DNA of 64,000 nt from the human T2T-CHM13v2.0 reference genome, Homo sapiens (GCF_009914755.1 NC_060940.1); one strand, 5' to 3'; positions 21,019 through 45,807 are shown, counted from the first letter of the stretch. Notes: generated by a model from the letters alone, not told the origin. Numbers and translations: made by a program.

Positions 21019-21347
21019 TAATATTTCATTGTCTGGATGTACCACAATTTATTTATCCATCCACTTATAGAAGGACATTTTGGTTGCTTACAAGTTTTGG
21101 CAATTATGAGTAAAGTACTATAGACATCCATGTGCAGGTTTTTGTGTGAACATAGGTTTTCAACTCGTTTGATAAATACCAAGGAGCATAACTGCAGGAT
21201 CACGTGGTAAGGGGTTATTTACTCTTGTGAGAAACCGCTTGTCTTCCTAAGTGGCTGTACCACTTTGCATTTCCACCATCAATGAACAATAGCTCCTGTT
21301 GCTCCACACCCTTGGCATATCCATTGATTTGGATGTTTTTATAGGTG

Positions 21348-21723
21348 TGTATTAGTCTGTTTGCACTGCTGTAAAGGAATACCTGAGACTCTGTAATTCA
21401 TGAGAAAGGTTTAATTGGTTTATGGTTCTGCAGGCTGTACAGGAAGCATGTTGCCATCAGCTTCTGGGGAGGCCTCAGGAAACTTATAATCATAGCCTAA
21501 GACAAAGTGAGTTCCACCACTTCCCTGGCTGGAGCAGGAGGAAGAGAGTGGGGGAAATGCTACACACTTCTACCATGAGAACAGCACTAGGGGGATGGCA
21601 CTATACCATTCATGAGAAACCATCCCCATGATCCAATCACCTCCCACCAGGTGCCACCACCAACATTGGGGATTACAAATTCAACATCAGATTTGGGAAG
21701 GGACACAAATTCAAAACATATCA
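21348..21723. mobile_element. MST-family (ERVL-MaLR) solo LTR
   Basis: TGTATTAGTCTGTTT...ATATCA termini with a perfect 5-bp TSD AGGTG (21343-47 / 21724-28). Confidence 0.9.
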
Positions 21724-21770
21724 AGGTGTGTAATGGTATCTCATTGTTTTAATTTGCAATTCCCTAATGA

Positions 21771-22019
<249 letters not shown>

Positions 22020-22746
22020 TAGCCAGGATGGTCTCGATCTCCTGACCTCATGATCCGCCCACCTCGGCCTCCCAAAGTGCTGGGATTACAGGCTTGCCAT
22101 GTGTATATTTCTTTAGTGAAGTAACTGTTTAGGTTTTTTGCCCATTTTTAAATCAGGTTGTTTGTTTTCTTATTGTTAACAGTTCTTTGTATATTTCAGA
22201 TAATAGTACTTTATCAGATATGTCTTTTACAAATATTTTCTCTCAGTCTATGGCTTGTCTTCTCATTTTCTTGATTGATAGAATATTTTGCAGTTTAGGA
22301 GAGAGTTTTTCATTTAAAAAAAGTGCTTTTTTGGTTTTGGTGTTTTTATTTTATTATTAATACTTTTAGTGTAGTGTGATCTAGAAATGTGGTCAGTATC
22401 ATTCAACCTCTTACAATTTGAAATTTTCTTTATGGCCTATACATACTCTGTTTTCATGAATAGTGCATGGGTGTGCATAAGCTTGTTTTTTAAAAAAAAT
22501 TTTAGAGACAGGGTCTTGCTCTGTCACCCAGACTGGAGTACATTGGCATGATCATAGCTCACTGCAGCCTTGAACTCCTGGGCTTAAGTGGTCCTTCTGC
22601 CTCAGCTTCTCGAGTAGCTGGGACTGCAGGTGCGTACCTCCATACTTGGCTAATTAAAAAAAATTTGAGTGATGAACATCTCACTATGTTTCCCAGGCAG
22701 GTCTTGAACTCCTGGCCTCATGTGATCCTCTTGTCTTAACCTGTGA

Positions 22747-23175
<429 letters not shown>

Positions 23176-24797
23176 TAAAAAGTTACCTTTACTGATAATT
23201 ATTTATTCATATGGCTTCAAATTACATCTAGCATTTTTTTGTTTCAGCCTGAGGGACTTCCTTTGGCATGCTTCTTCGGGCAGGTCTACTAGAGACAAAT
23301 TTCTTTAGCTCTTATTTACCTAAAAAATGTCTTAATTTCTCCTTCATTTTTGAAAGATAGTTTCGCTGGGTATAGATTCTTGACAGTTTTTTTTTTTTAA
23401 GCGTTTTATATATATCATCCCACTGCTTTTTTGCCTCCCTGTTTTCTGATGAGAAATTAGCTGTTAATCTTACTGAAGATCCCTTGTACAAGTTTCTTCT
23501 GTCCTACTGCTTTCAAGATTCTCTCCTTGGGCTGGGAATGGTGGCTCACACCTGTAATCCCAACACTTTGGGCAACAGAGGTGGGAGGATCGCTTGAGGC
23601 CAGGAGTTAAAGACCAGCCTGGGCAACCAAGCAGACCCAATCTCTACAAAAAATAAAAAAGTTAGCTGGGCGTAGTGGCATATGCCTACATGCCTATAAT
23701 CCCAGCTACTTGGGAGGGTGAGGAAGGAGGCTCACTAGAGCCTGGCTGGTCAAGGCTGCAATGAACGATGATCATGCCACAGAGCCAGACCCTGTCTCAA
23801 AAAAAAAAAAAATTCTCTCCTTATCGTTAGCATTCGACGGTTTCATTATAATAACTCTCTTTGTGGGTTTTTTAAGTTTCTTGTACTTGGAGTTTGTTGA
23901 GCTTCTTGGATCTGTAGATTCATGTATTGATCACATTTGAGAAGTTGTTATTTCATTATTTCTTCAAACATGTTTTTATCTCTTTCTTCTCCTGGAACTT
24001 TCACAATGTGTATTTGGTACACTTGATGGTGTCCCATAGGTCCCTTAGGGTCTGTTCATTTTTCTTCATTTTTTTTTTCCTGCTCCTTAGACTTGGTAAT
24101 TTTAACTGCCCTATCTTCAGGTTTGCCGATTCTGTCTTCTGCTTGCTCAAATCTTTGAATTCTTCTAGTGAATTATTTTGTTTCAGCTTTTATGCTTTTC
24201 AGCTCCAGAATTTCTATTTGGTTTCTTTAAAATTTTTCTGTTTATTGAAATTTTCTGCTTGTACACACTTCATTCTTCAGATTTCCTTTAGTTCTTTGTC
24301 CATCATCTTCAGCTCTGAGAATATTTAAGACAGTCCATTTAGAAGTTTTGCCTAGTAAGTCCTATGTCTGGGCTTCCTCAGGAATGGTTTGTGTCAGCTT
24401 CCTTTTTTGCTGTGAATGGGTCATACTTTCCTATGTCTTTGTATGGTTTGTAATTTTTTACTGAGAGCTATACATTTTGAATACTGTAGTTGGTAGCTCT
24501 GGAAATCAGATTCTCATCTCTCCTCAGAAATTGCTGTTGATACTTGTTGAAAACTGCAGTTGTCCATTTGTTTAGTGACTTTGCTAAAGACACTATATTT
24601 CTTGTTATGTGTGAGTACTGAAAGTCTCTGTTTCATTATCTCTGCGTTCAGCCAGTGACTTGACAGATTTTTTTTTTTTTTTTTGAGACGGAGTTTCGCC
24701 CTTGTTGCCCAGGCTGGAGTGCAATAGCGTGTCTCAGCTCACTGCAACCTCCCCATCCTGGGTTCAAGCGATTCTCCTGCCTCAGCCTCCCAAGTAG

Positions 24798-25098
<301 letters not shown>

Positions 25099-25731
25099 TA
25101 GCTGGGATTACAGGCATGTGCCACCATGCCCAGCTAATTTTTTTTTTTTTTTTTAGTAGAGATGGGGTTTTGCCATGTTGGCCAGGCTGGTGTTGAACTC
25201 CTGACCCCAGGTGATCCACCCTCTTCAGCCTCCCAAAATGCTGAGATTACAGGTGTGAGCCACCGCGCCTGGCCTGCATTCACTATTGAAGATGCTGCTT
25301 CTAAAATTCTTATATTCAGGAGAAGGAAACACTGTCTCTGTATTTAAGGAAGTAGCATTACAGGAAGTACAGTAAGAGACAAGAGACACAACACATCCAA
25401 GAAGGAGGACTTTCCAGGAACAATAGTCATATTTTCTCCATTCTCCGTATTTATATGAGTCTTGTTTCTTTAATTTCTTTTGTGCAAAGTTAGAGATGCT
25501 TTCACCTGAGAAAAAATATATTCCCCTTTCTTTCCCCACTGGAAAAATGTTTTCTGTAAATGAAAATCTCATTTTTGTTATAATAATAGTATCTAAAAAA
25601 TTAAAGCATGTATTACACTTGGGAAACAAAAAGATTGAGAAGAGAAGGAACTTTCTGCTATCCGAGGTATTTTTCTTTCTCGCAGTCATTTTTGCTTCAG
25701 TCACATGCCTACAAAGACTGCATACCTTTTA

Positions 25732-27440
25732 ATTCATTCATTCATTCATCAAATATTTACTGAGTTCCTACCATGTGCCGCCTCTGTTCTTGTGTCTTGG
25801 GATTCAGTGTTGGAAAAAAAAATCAGAACAAACAATTCCTGCTTTCACAGAACATAAATTTGAGTAGGGATGTCAGATTAAATAAGCAAATAAATAGCAT
25901 GTAAATCATTTAAAAGTGCTAAGAAGAAAAATAAACATGGAAAGTTGATATGACATCTATAGGGATGTTGAAATTTTATATAGAATGATCAAAAAGACCT
26001 CACTGAGAAAGTGACATTTGAGGAAATATCTGAAAGTAGTAGGGGAGCTAGAAGTGTTGATACACGAGGGAAGTGTGTACTTGACAGAGGGATATGAGTT
26101 TTGAGGCAAAAGTGTGTTTGGTGTGTTTTAGGAGGAGCAGCTATGCCTGTGACACAGGAGCAGGGAGAAGGAGAGAAGTAAACTAGGAGACAGAATGACA
26201 TGAGAAAGTGAACAGGAACTATACCATGTACAACTGTGTAGTTCATTGTAAGGCAAGGCTTTTGCTTGGAGTGAGATAAGAGCCAGTAGAGAGTTTTGAA
26301 CAGAGGAGGAAGCGTAATCTGACTCAAAGAGGGTCGCTCTTATTGCTGCATGGACAATGGATTGCAAAGTGGCAAGGGCAGATGTACTGATACCACCAAA
26401 GAAGGTATTGCAGAAATCCCGGCAAGGGACGATAAGAATAGGGGTGGTGAAAGGGATTGAATTCTAGGTCTATTTCAGGGGTAGAGCCAACAGGATTTGC
26501 TGACTAACTGGATTTGAGCTGTGAAAGAGAGAGAAGTCAACAATAATCCTGTATAGAATTAAATACTGTTGATATTTTGGTATTTAACCTTCCAGTTTTT
26601 TATATACATGTTCATAATTTTATATATTTTTAATTAAAATTGAAGTCATCCTCTACCTACTGCTTGTAACCAGTTCATTTTGTAACATGTTGCTTTCCTG
26701 TGTCATTAAAAAAGAATAAGCCCAGGCCAGGTGACTCACGCCTCTAATCCCAGCACTTTGGGAGGCCAAGGTGGGCAGATCACTTGAGGCCAGGAGTTTG
26801 AGATCAGCCTGGCCAACATGGTAAAACCCCATCTCTACCAAAAAATACAAAACTTAGCCAGGCATGGTGGTGGGCACCTGTAATCCCAGCTACTTGGAGG
26901 CTGAGGCAGGAGAATCGCTTGAACCTAGGAAGCGGAGGTTGCAGTGAGCCAAGATCGCATCACTGCGCTCCAGCCTGGGTGACAGAGCAAGACTCCGTCT
27001 AAAAAAAAAAAAAAAAAAGAAAGATAATAATCCTATATAACTCAAAGAATGGAACTGACGTTAACAGTGAAGAAGACTGTAGGACAATCTTTTAACAGGA
27101 ATAAGAAAGCTCAGTTTGGGCATGTCAACTTAGATGAAACACATGGAAGTATTAAGCCGGCAGTTGGGTATCTGGATTTAGAGTCAGAGGCAAGGTCTAG
27201 GCTGGAGATACAAATTTAGAAGTCACCAGCATATAGATGGATTCAAATCTAAGAGCTGAGTGAGATCACCTAAGGAGAGCACAGACTGAGCCCTGGAGTG
27301 CATTTAGAGGTTGGGAAGAGGAGGAAGTATCAGCAAAAAGACTTAGAAGGAATTCCTAGAATGATAGGAGGAAAAGTAGTCCATCACAATGATCTGGAAG
27401 CCCCAAAGAAGAAAGTTTTCAAGGACGAAAAAGTAACTCT
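25732..27440 (-). mobile_element. L2 LINE fragments with a sense Alu at ~26720-27020
   Basis: attcattcattcatcaaatatttactgag is the antisense L2 3' end; ggctggagatacaaatttagaagtcaccagcatatagatgg is L2-like. Confidence 0.75.
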
Positions 27441-27491
27441 TAACACTTTTGTGCTATGCATAACATTTTCCCTCATTTGTTTCCTGACTAG

Positions 27492-27573
27492 TGATGAGCC
27501 CTCCTCTTCAGCTAGGAAAATGACGGTGTTCAGAAAGTTAAAACTTCTTCGCTGGAAGGATTTCATCTTAAAG
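27492..27573 (+). pseudogene. ABCA17P: ABCA17P start-codon exon (ATG 27520; MTVFRKLKLLRWKDFILK)
   Basis: Matches the ABCA N-terminal LxLLLWKNxxL motif; acceptor AG at 27490-91. Expected donor after 27573 reads TT instead of GT. Confidence 0.88.
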
Positions 27574-27924
27574 TTGGTATGGTTATCTGTGGGAAGATAT
27601 AAGTCCTTGGGGGGGATTGAATGTTTAAGTTAAATTGGTTCATAATAACGGGTTAAAGAACAATTAAGAACTTTACATGGAAAGGGGCCCTTTTCTGCAA
27701 ATGAGTCATGTAATTATTAAAGATGACATCATTGTTACTGATTTCTGGCCATTGGAGTTACAGAAAGGCTAAAAGGAGATGTTTCAAGCTAATTCTTACT
27801 CTGTGTTTTTCTTTTTCGTGTGTTTTGCAGGGAGACTGGAAGAAATTAAAGTGTTCTAAATGGAAGAGCATTCACCACATGTGTTCTGTTTTGGGTTGAC
27901 ATTTAGCTTTTGTTTTTATTTTAG

Positions 27925-28180
27925 AAACGGAAGACTCTGGTAGCAGTCCTTGAAATCTTGATGCCATTGCTATTTTCTGCATTGTATTGTATCTTCGTTT
28001 TAGTAGTGCTCCAATAAAAAGACCTGCTACTAGCTGCCATGCAATTGATATCAGTTTGTTGCCAGACTTCTACAATTTTCCTGAAAAATAGATTTCAACT
28101 AGTTTATATCCCTTCTATAAGTGAAACATTGAAGGCTGTCACCGAAATGGTGGAACAGATCTTTGATGTTGAGTTTGAAG
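27925..28180 (+). pseudogene. ABCA17P: ABCA17P exon (KRKTLVAVLEILMPLLFSA / IVLYLR...PDFYNFP / KNRFQLVYIPSISETLKAVTEMVEQIFDVEFE); TM1 and start of ECD1, two frameshifts
   Basis: AG/GT bounded. A -1 shift near 27980 gives TAA at 28015-28017; a -2 shift near 28082 restores the frame. Confidence 0.9.
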
Positions 28181-28549
28181 GTTAGATGTAAATATGGGTA
28201 AGGATCGGGAGGACATTTTTATAAAGTACAGTTTGAAGTTTTTCCCCGAGAGTTCTTACAGTAGTGATTCTAAATCTAGTGTCTCCAAATTCTAAAGAGC
28301 CTATGAGGTGGTAGTTGGGGGGAAGCTGTCCATGAGATATTTTTATTATTTCAAACAACATATGGAGTCTTGTCTATATATGTCAGAAGGCTTCAAGGCT
28401 AATTAAAATGTTAAATGTTAAGTATTTGTTTTTAACTCACTATCATGACACCTATTATCTCATATTAATCCAAAGGTCTGATTGGCAATTATATGTCTCT
28501 AATAAAAAATGGAAGGCATTCAGAGAGTCAGAGGGTCTGAAATAGCTTC

Positions 28550-29200
28550 TAACTTGTTAACTGGTCTCTGCTTCTCCTCTTGTCCCATTCTAATCCAGTC
28601 TCCGTGTGGAGGCAGAAAGATCTTCAAAAGCTCAATAGGATCCAGCTAGTCTCTAGCTTAAACCCCTTCAGTGGCTTCCCATTGCCCTGAAAGAAAACCA
28701 GCTCTTCTCCAGGTTCTGACCCTGCTTTTTTCCCAGTCTTATCTAGTTTGGCTCTTTATTGTGCTCCCACACACTGGTCATGTTGGTCTTTTACTTCCTA
28801 GAAAGCAGCTACATGAGGTTTTCTCCCAATAGGGCCTTTGCAGCAGGTGTTCCTTCTGACAGTGCTTTGCCCTCAGCCTTCCCTGTGCATTGCTCCCTCT
28901 TAGTCTTCACGTTTCAGCTGAACTGATGCCTAGGAAAGCAGCTAAATCGGTTTTAGGTTTCTCACCTCTGCCTTATTCTCTGTCACAGAACCCTGTTTTA
29001 TACTTTCTATCAAAAAGGGAATTTTAATAAATGTTTACATATATATTCACTTTCTTGCTTCTGTGTATTGTCTGCCTTTCTCCACTAGACTCCACCTCCA
29101 TGAGGGCATAGGAACCATGTCTGTTTTGTTCATCACTGTGCCTGTTGTAGTACCTAGCACATAGTAGGTGCTCAATAAATATTTATTGAATAAATTAATG
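28550..29200 (+). mobile_element. L2 3' fragment
   Basis: Ends tagcacatagtaggtgctcaataaatatttattgaataaat. Confidence 0.8.
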
Positions 29201-29320
29201 TAGTTAGGTAGATAGCATTCTTCAAAATATGTAGTTTATAGGAGAAATTTTTCAAAATTACTATAATTGCTCTACATGCTATTGTAAAAGTATTCTAATA
29301 ATATATAGGGCATAAAGTGA

Positions 29321-30700
<1,380 letters not shown>

Positions 30701-31046
30701 TCTAGATGAAGGAAAGAACCCAAAGAGATCAGTGGAGGCCCTAAACTGCTTTTGATCAAACATTCATCATACTAGGGGAAATCGAATGCTCGTTTTCATA
30801 GACTTGTAAGGCACAGAGGGAAAGAAGAAAAAGTTAAGTCCCATTCAAGGTGGGGTGTATATCATGAGACTATCTCCCCTTAAATCTAGGACCCCATATG
30901 CTTACATTGTAGTGGTGGTACTTAATGTAAGGTTGTGCTGGATGTAAACATGCCCCCGACTGCCTGAATGTTGCCTTGGAACTGAGCACAGCAGGGAGGG
31001 TCCTAGCTCTGAGATTTGTAGCTCAAATTCACATCACTTGGCTGTC

Positions 31047-31258
31047 AAAAAAAAGGAAGGAAGAAAGAAGGAGAGGAGGGAGAGAGGGAGGGAGGGAGGA
31101 AAGATGGAAGGGAGGGAGGGAGGGAGGGGAAGGGAAGAAAGAAGGAAGGGAAGGAGGGGAGGGAGGGAGGAAGGAAGGAAAGAAGGAAGGGCAGAGGGAA
31201 GGGAAGAAAGGAAGGAAAGGAAGGAATGAAAGGAAGGAAGGAAAGAAGAAAAGAAAAA
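31047..31258 (+). repeat. Polypurine (GGAA/GGGA/GAAA)n low-complexity tract
   Basis: About 210 bp almost entirely A/G. Confidence 0.95.
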
Positions 31259-32056
31259 CCCCTCGAACTGTGAAGTGGGACAGTGGGACTCAGATTGACA
31301 GATGCAAATATATATTTTTCCTGGAATAATGTACCCTCCTTCTGTATCTCAAGACTCACCACAAGAGTATCAAGGTCAGTGAGCAAACATACTAGGAAAC
31401 AGGACACCAAGGATGATTATCACTATGACAACAGACAGCAAAAACAGACCTGGAAAGATTCCAGATAATGGAATTATTAGTCTCGTGTTATAAAATCCCT
31501 ATGTTTAGCTGGTTTGAAGAAATAAAAGACAACGTAAAAGGATTTATAGGTAGCATGTCATTATAGTCACCTAGCAAATTTGGGGAGAAAAAAGGAACTA
31601 GAACTTCTAGAAATGAAAAATAAAATAATCAACATGTAAAACTCAGGCTAGAAACAAGCCTTGAAAGGATAAAAGTGAACTTAAACTTCCTACAAGAACA
31701 AAACTCATTCTTTAATGAAAAACCACAAGGCTTGATCCAGGTCTCAGATCATGTGATCAGCACTTAAATTCTCTTCCTTCTTAGCATTACTTTCTTGATG
31801 CCCCAAGATAGTTGCTAGCAGTTCTTGGGACTATAGACTTCCCAGTTAAAGTTATGACTTGAAATAATGAGATTCATGTCCCTTAACTTACCTCCCTTAT
31901 TTTCTGTCTCTCTCTGCTCGTGTATTTGCAGAACGAATGCTGGAGTTAATGGAGCAGTCAGCTGTCGATCTTAAGTCTCCTTAAGTAGAAAGCGGGCAGC
32001 TGGGTAGCCTTTGCCTTCACACCAGCCACTCACTGATGGGATTTTTCTCTCTGTAG

Positions 32057-32184
32057 TTTTAGGCTGTTCTTCAGTGTCTTTGTTTGAACGTTATATAATT
32101 GATGATCCCAAAGCTTTCTACATATTGGCAGGAATTGTTTTTGACCACAGCGTCAATGACAGCAATGGATCTTTGCCACTTGCG
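32057..32184 (+). pseudogene. ABCA17P: ABCA17P exon (VLGCSSVSLFERYIIDDPKAFYILAGIVFDHSVNDSNGSLPLA)
   Basis: 128 bp, ctgtag/gtaaga, open frame, ECD1 AGIVF motif. Confidence 0.92.
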
Positions 32185-33337
32185 GTAAGAACATCCTTTC
32201 TCTAACAATTGTACTGTGCTGCCGAGACTTGAGCATGTGTTCCTTCTGCAGTCTTGTTGGCTGACCTGCCCCCGGCTTTTCTCTGTGGCAGCTTTGTCAT
32301 CTTATTTCCAAAGGAGATATGCAAGGGCTCCTGTGTTTCATGTCTTACAACCTAGACTTTGAGGTCCCTTCCAGTTTTCAAATTCTTTAGAAGGCTTGTT
32401 GTGAGCAAGCCTTTATCCTGAGGGTACAGGATGGCGTATATTAAACTGCCTGATGACAGATGCAGACTACAAGATCAGCCTCCACAGACTTGCATTCCAG
32501 CCCTGCAACTCACCAGCTGTGTAACCTTGGAAAAACATTTCTGGGCCTCGGTGTCCTTATTGTTGTGAGGGCTAAAAGAGTTTTATGCCTATAAAGTGCT
32601 TAGAACAAAGCCTGGAACAAAATAACTTTCCAGAAGGATTAGTTATTGTTGTCATTACTAATAATCTTATGGACTTCAGATATGGTATGAGTGTGAGTTT
32701 GTTTAAGGAAAAGTTCATGTTGTAAACATGGGAATATTTGGTTTATGTTCTGGGATGGGAAAACCACTCATGTATAGCTTTTGTGTTGTACAGTGTATCT
32801 GATGATTAATTGTTGGAAGTTGCATGGGCTATTGGTAGATGGAGAGAGACATGTTAATAAAATAACCAACAATGTTTTTCAAGCATTTATTAATGCTAGG
32901 CAACACAGATACCATCTGGTTCAATCCTACTGTAGCCTATGAGGTAGACGTTGTTAATATCCCCATTTTACTCATGAGGAAACTGAGGAATGAAGTTTAT
33001 GTAATTTGCCCAAGGTGTCAAGGCTATTCAGTAGGAGATTTGGGGTTAGAATCTGGGTGGTCTGGCTCCAGAGCCCTTGCTCTGAACTGTTCTGCAGCAC
33101 ACCATTCCTGAAGGGGGCTCAGGAGCGGCTGTATGTTTCCCAGGCTTGCACCACGGAGAATTTCCAGAGTACACAGGGAAGACCACTGTTGCAGCATGGT
33201 CTCCCAGGGGACACCTGCCAGTGTGGGCATCCTTCATCCTGTTACAGCTGACATCAAGCACAGATTTGTTCTGTCCTGTGCCTTTGCTGAGTTTCAGGAG
33301 TTCATAACCGAATTTGTTTTCTCTTTGTTCTTCATAG

Positions 33338-33500
33338 GTTAAGTATCAATTGCGCTTCAGTTACTTTCAGAAGAATTTTATACTGGGGAAGAATATATTT
33401 TTTCAAGATGACATAGAAGGCTGGTGCACATCCTTTCTTTACCCTCCCAATCCACGCCAAGAACCCCGGGAATTTCCATTTGCTGTTGGGGGAAGTCCTG
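33338..33500 (+). pseudogene. ABCA17P: ABCA17P exon (VKYQLRFSYFQKNF...GWCTSFLYPPNPRQEPREFPFAVGGSP)
   Basis: 163 bp, catag/gtgaga, open frame. Confidence 0.92.
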
Positions 33501-33544
33501 GTGAGAAAGCCCCGAAGCTTGTGCGTGTTAAGAGCATGGCCGTG

Positions 33545-36713
<3,169 letters not shown>

Positions 36714-36716
36714 TAG

Positions 36717-36976
36717 GATACAACAAAGAAGGCTTCCTGGCCATACAGTATGCTGTGGATAAAGCCATCATGTGGTACCATGCTCACAATGCAATGACCA
36801 ACATGTTTGAGAATCTCAATGTACTTGTGAAGAGATTCCCATATGGACCCTATATCGAGGACAGGTTCTTCCTAGTCCTTCAGAATGAGTTTTCTGTGTT
36901 CTTCATACTCAGCTTCATGTACATTGAGCTCATCATCATCAGTTCCATTGTACTGGAGAAAGAGAAAAGACTGAAG
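36717..36976 (+). pseudogene. ABCA17P: ABCA17P exon (GYNKEGFLAIQYAVDKAIM...RFPYGPYIED...IVLEKEKRLK)
   Basis: 260 bp, catag/gtaacc; hallmark GFLAIQ, RFPYxPY and EKExRLK motifs. Confidence 0.95.
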
Positions 36977-38609
36977 GTAACCCCAGATACTTCAAGTGTA
37001 TGCCTCTCCTGGGACAGGGGTATGGGGAAGCTGCTAATGAAAAATGACCAGAATAGGAATGAAGCCAAAAGGAGGTTGCTTAGGTGTCCAAGCAACTTCC
37101 AAGGTGAGTTGGAACTTGGAAGGTTGTTCACAATTTTAACTTGCTTGCAATCTAGGTGATCCCACCTCTGTTATTACATGAATCCTTGCCTTTAGTCTGA
37201 GAATGTCCAGCCTGGTCATTCCTGGTTGGTCAGCACACTGCCTCCCACTAGGTAGGTGTTTGAAAAATGCTTGTGGAATGACTCATGATAAGAGATCTAC
37301 CCTTCACTATTCACCACCTTGCTTGATGCCCTGAAGGCTGACCTGTAGGGATCCCAGCACATGCTCCCACAAGGAATCTGGCAGGACCTCAGAGGGAAGA
37401 AGTAGGAGGATGAGGTCCCTGTGTTGACCTCAGGCCAGCAGGGAGAGATCCCTACAGGTCATTTTGGGCTCAGCTTGTTCCTTAACTGAAGGTCACTGTT
37501 CTCGCAAGATGTCTTGCCCTACAAGACTCTCCCATTCTGGATTCTGGTAGCCTCTCTTTCTTCTCATCCATTTGGATCCAAGGAAGGTATTCATGCTTTT
37601 GCTGCTAGCCCTAGGTTTCTGCACTATCCTGTAGGGTTTTCTGTCTCTGTGCACACATGTGCCTGTTATAAACAAACCCTCTTTGAATTACTGTAATTTG
37701 AATATAACAGTTGTTTCCTTTAGGGATCCTGAATGATACACAATTATATGAGAGAACTACTGCTATTATTCTTATTTAGTAGAGGAAGTAACTTGAGACA
37801 TAGAGAGGTTAAAAATTTCCAGATAATTTTATATGGAACAGTACAACCTAGCCATAAATACAGTTTTCATTCCCAGATAAAGAGTAAAAGTAAAACAGTT
37901 TTCCAGTAATTAAGCTTTAGCTTCTCTGAGTGGAATCTTAGATGAAATATGCCAGAGAGGAATGTGTTCCATTTCCGCTTGGTGCAGAGTCAGGAAAAGA
38001 TAGTCTCTTGGGGAGTTCTAGAATAGCATTTAGCCCTGGACGCTGATAGGATCAATGTTGTCAGCTCTTCCATTCTATTCAGGTGATGCCCTAAGACCCA
38101 ACCCAAACTTTCAACTCTTCCTTGGCAAGGACCCAGGAGTAGGCAAGTTGTATTCCAGGAGGAGTCATTACTATGGGAAATATTCCAGGAGGGAGAATGC
38201 CCTGACGGTGTTTGGCCCTAGGACCAAGGTGGGATATGGGGAATGGGGCACTAATGTCATTTCCTTCTTTGAACACTGAATACAACTAATAGAACTCTTT
38301 CTTCCTAAACTCCCTCATGTTTATTTAGTATGACTATGTAGATGGATTAAGGAGAATTAAAACACACTGTCCTTAATTTAGGAATGACCCGTATCACTCC
38401 ATCCCTCCTATTCCCCTCACCCTTTCAAGCATAGTCCCTTTGCTCTGGTTGACCGTGTTCCTTTTCTGTTCCCCAAATAGGTATTAGGTATTCTGCTCCT
38501 CCTATAGGCAGGCCTCATTGTTTGGCTGCTCTTCTTCAAAATTTATATTGCAGTTCATTTCTTTCAAGAAGTCTTTCTAAATTTCATCAGTCTTTCATCC
38601 CATCTTCCT

Positions 38610-39497
<888 letters not shown>

Positions 39498-40332
39498 AAC
39501 TATAGTGTGGCATATACAGTATTATTATCATATATGTGTCTTCAGTACTAGATTGCGAATTTTTAGAAGACAGTACCTTTGCCTTTTATATCTTTTAATT
39601 TTTCCTGCATGGTGCCTAGCACAGTGCTTTGCATTTATTCACTTATCAAGTATTGATTGAACGACTTATATTTATGAGGCACATGCATTAGAGATAAACA
39701 TATAAATGACACAGCCCTTTCTCTCAGGCAATTTACAGCAATAAAACCAAGTGTTACAAAAGAAACCCAAGTGCAAAGGTAATGGAGTGTGTAGATGTCA
39801 CGTCTCTGTGGAGAATGGGCAACGCTGACCAGAGAAAGCTTCACAGAGCAGGTAGCTCTTGAACTAGGCTTTGAAAATCAACTAGGATTTTGCTAGTTGA
39901 AGAGAATATGAGAGAAAAAAGAAAATGACATATGTAAGAAAAAAATGTTTTTAAAGACATCGAGGTCATAGTGCATTCAGTGAATTGCAAAATGTTTTGT
40001 GTAACCAGGGCATAGGATGCCAAGGAGTTTAGATTTTCTTTTCAGAACTATAGGACTATAGGAGCCATTCACTTATAGTAGACTTACTATTGTAAAAGAA
40101 GAATCATGTAGTAGGTCTATCTCTACTATATCTAAACCAGGTAAATGCCATTCACTGGTTTGTACTTTTCTTTCAAACTCAGTCTCCACCACTCCTATTA
40201 GCCACCTCTTCCCAGTATACACACACAACCCTTCATCCCAGTCTGTTGGAGTTTCAGTAACAGACTGCTGAACCAGGCAAGCTAGAACTGAGTGTTGAAC
40301 TGTGTAATGCCTGCTTGTTTTGCTTTCTCTAG

Positions 40333-40449
40333 GATTACCTGTGCGTGATGGGACTGGAAAGCTGGTTACACTGGGTTGCTTGGTTCATCACGTTCTTCAT
40401 TTCTGTCTTCATTGCTGTTTCTTTCATGACCATTCTCTTCTGCACAGAG
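40333..40449 (+). pseudogene. ABCA17P: ABCA17P exon ([39 protein letters not shown])
   Basis: 117 bp, ctctag/gtacat; MGLxxWLHW motif followed by a TM helix. Confidence 0.93.
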
Positions 40450-40488
40450 GTACATATCTCTTGTCCTTCAAGATGTGCTAAGCTATGA

Positions 40489-45148
<4,660 letters not shown>

Positions 45149-45807
45149 AAATGAAGTTATCTTTTAATGATAGGATTTGTATAACTTGTTTTCTTTGTTA
45201 TATCTTTTTTTGACCTTGTTGTAATAAGAATTTATTGCCTTTTTCAACCAGAAAAAATACCTAGAAAATAAGAATAAAGACAATGATAGTATGCGGGTAG
45301 GCAGGCTGCAAAATTTTATGCTGGCATACATTTGGCAATGAGAACATTCATTTATTTATTCATTCATTGAACAGATACTTATTAAGAATCAGAGATAAGT
45401 CAGAGAACTTGCCTTCAGGGGTCTCAATTCAAAACCGTTAGATTCCCACAAAACTTTTCTTAATCATATTTACTAGGCATCCAAATTATTATTTAATACT
45501 TACAGTAATGTAATTTGCTTTTACATGTGCCTATGTGTGTTTTATTCATTTAACTCATTGGAATTTCTCAAAAGTAGGGAGGATATCTCCTATCTCTAAT
45601 ACTCCCCACACATCCTGGTACATTGTCATGCATAGAACATACATACTCCTTGGATGCTGCTGATTTCACTGACTGTGGCAAAGAAGTAGTATAAGGACAG
45701 TGTGTGTGAGAACAAGTGAACAAAGCAGAAAGTATCATCGGGCCTTCGTGCTGCTGTGTGCTCTGACTGAAGATAACTTCAGTATCTTGTCTTCCCCTTG
45801 GTTCTAG

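Noticed and set aside
30976-31410. E/G/K/R-rich and P/S/F/L-rich ORFs
   Set aside because: Artefacts of the polypurine repeat.
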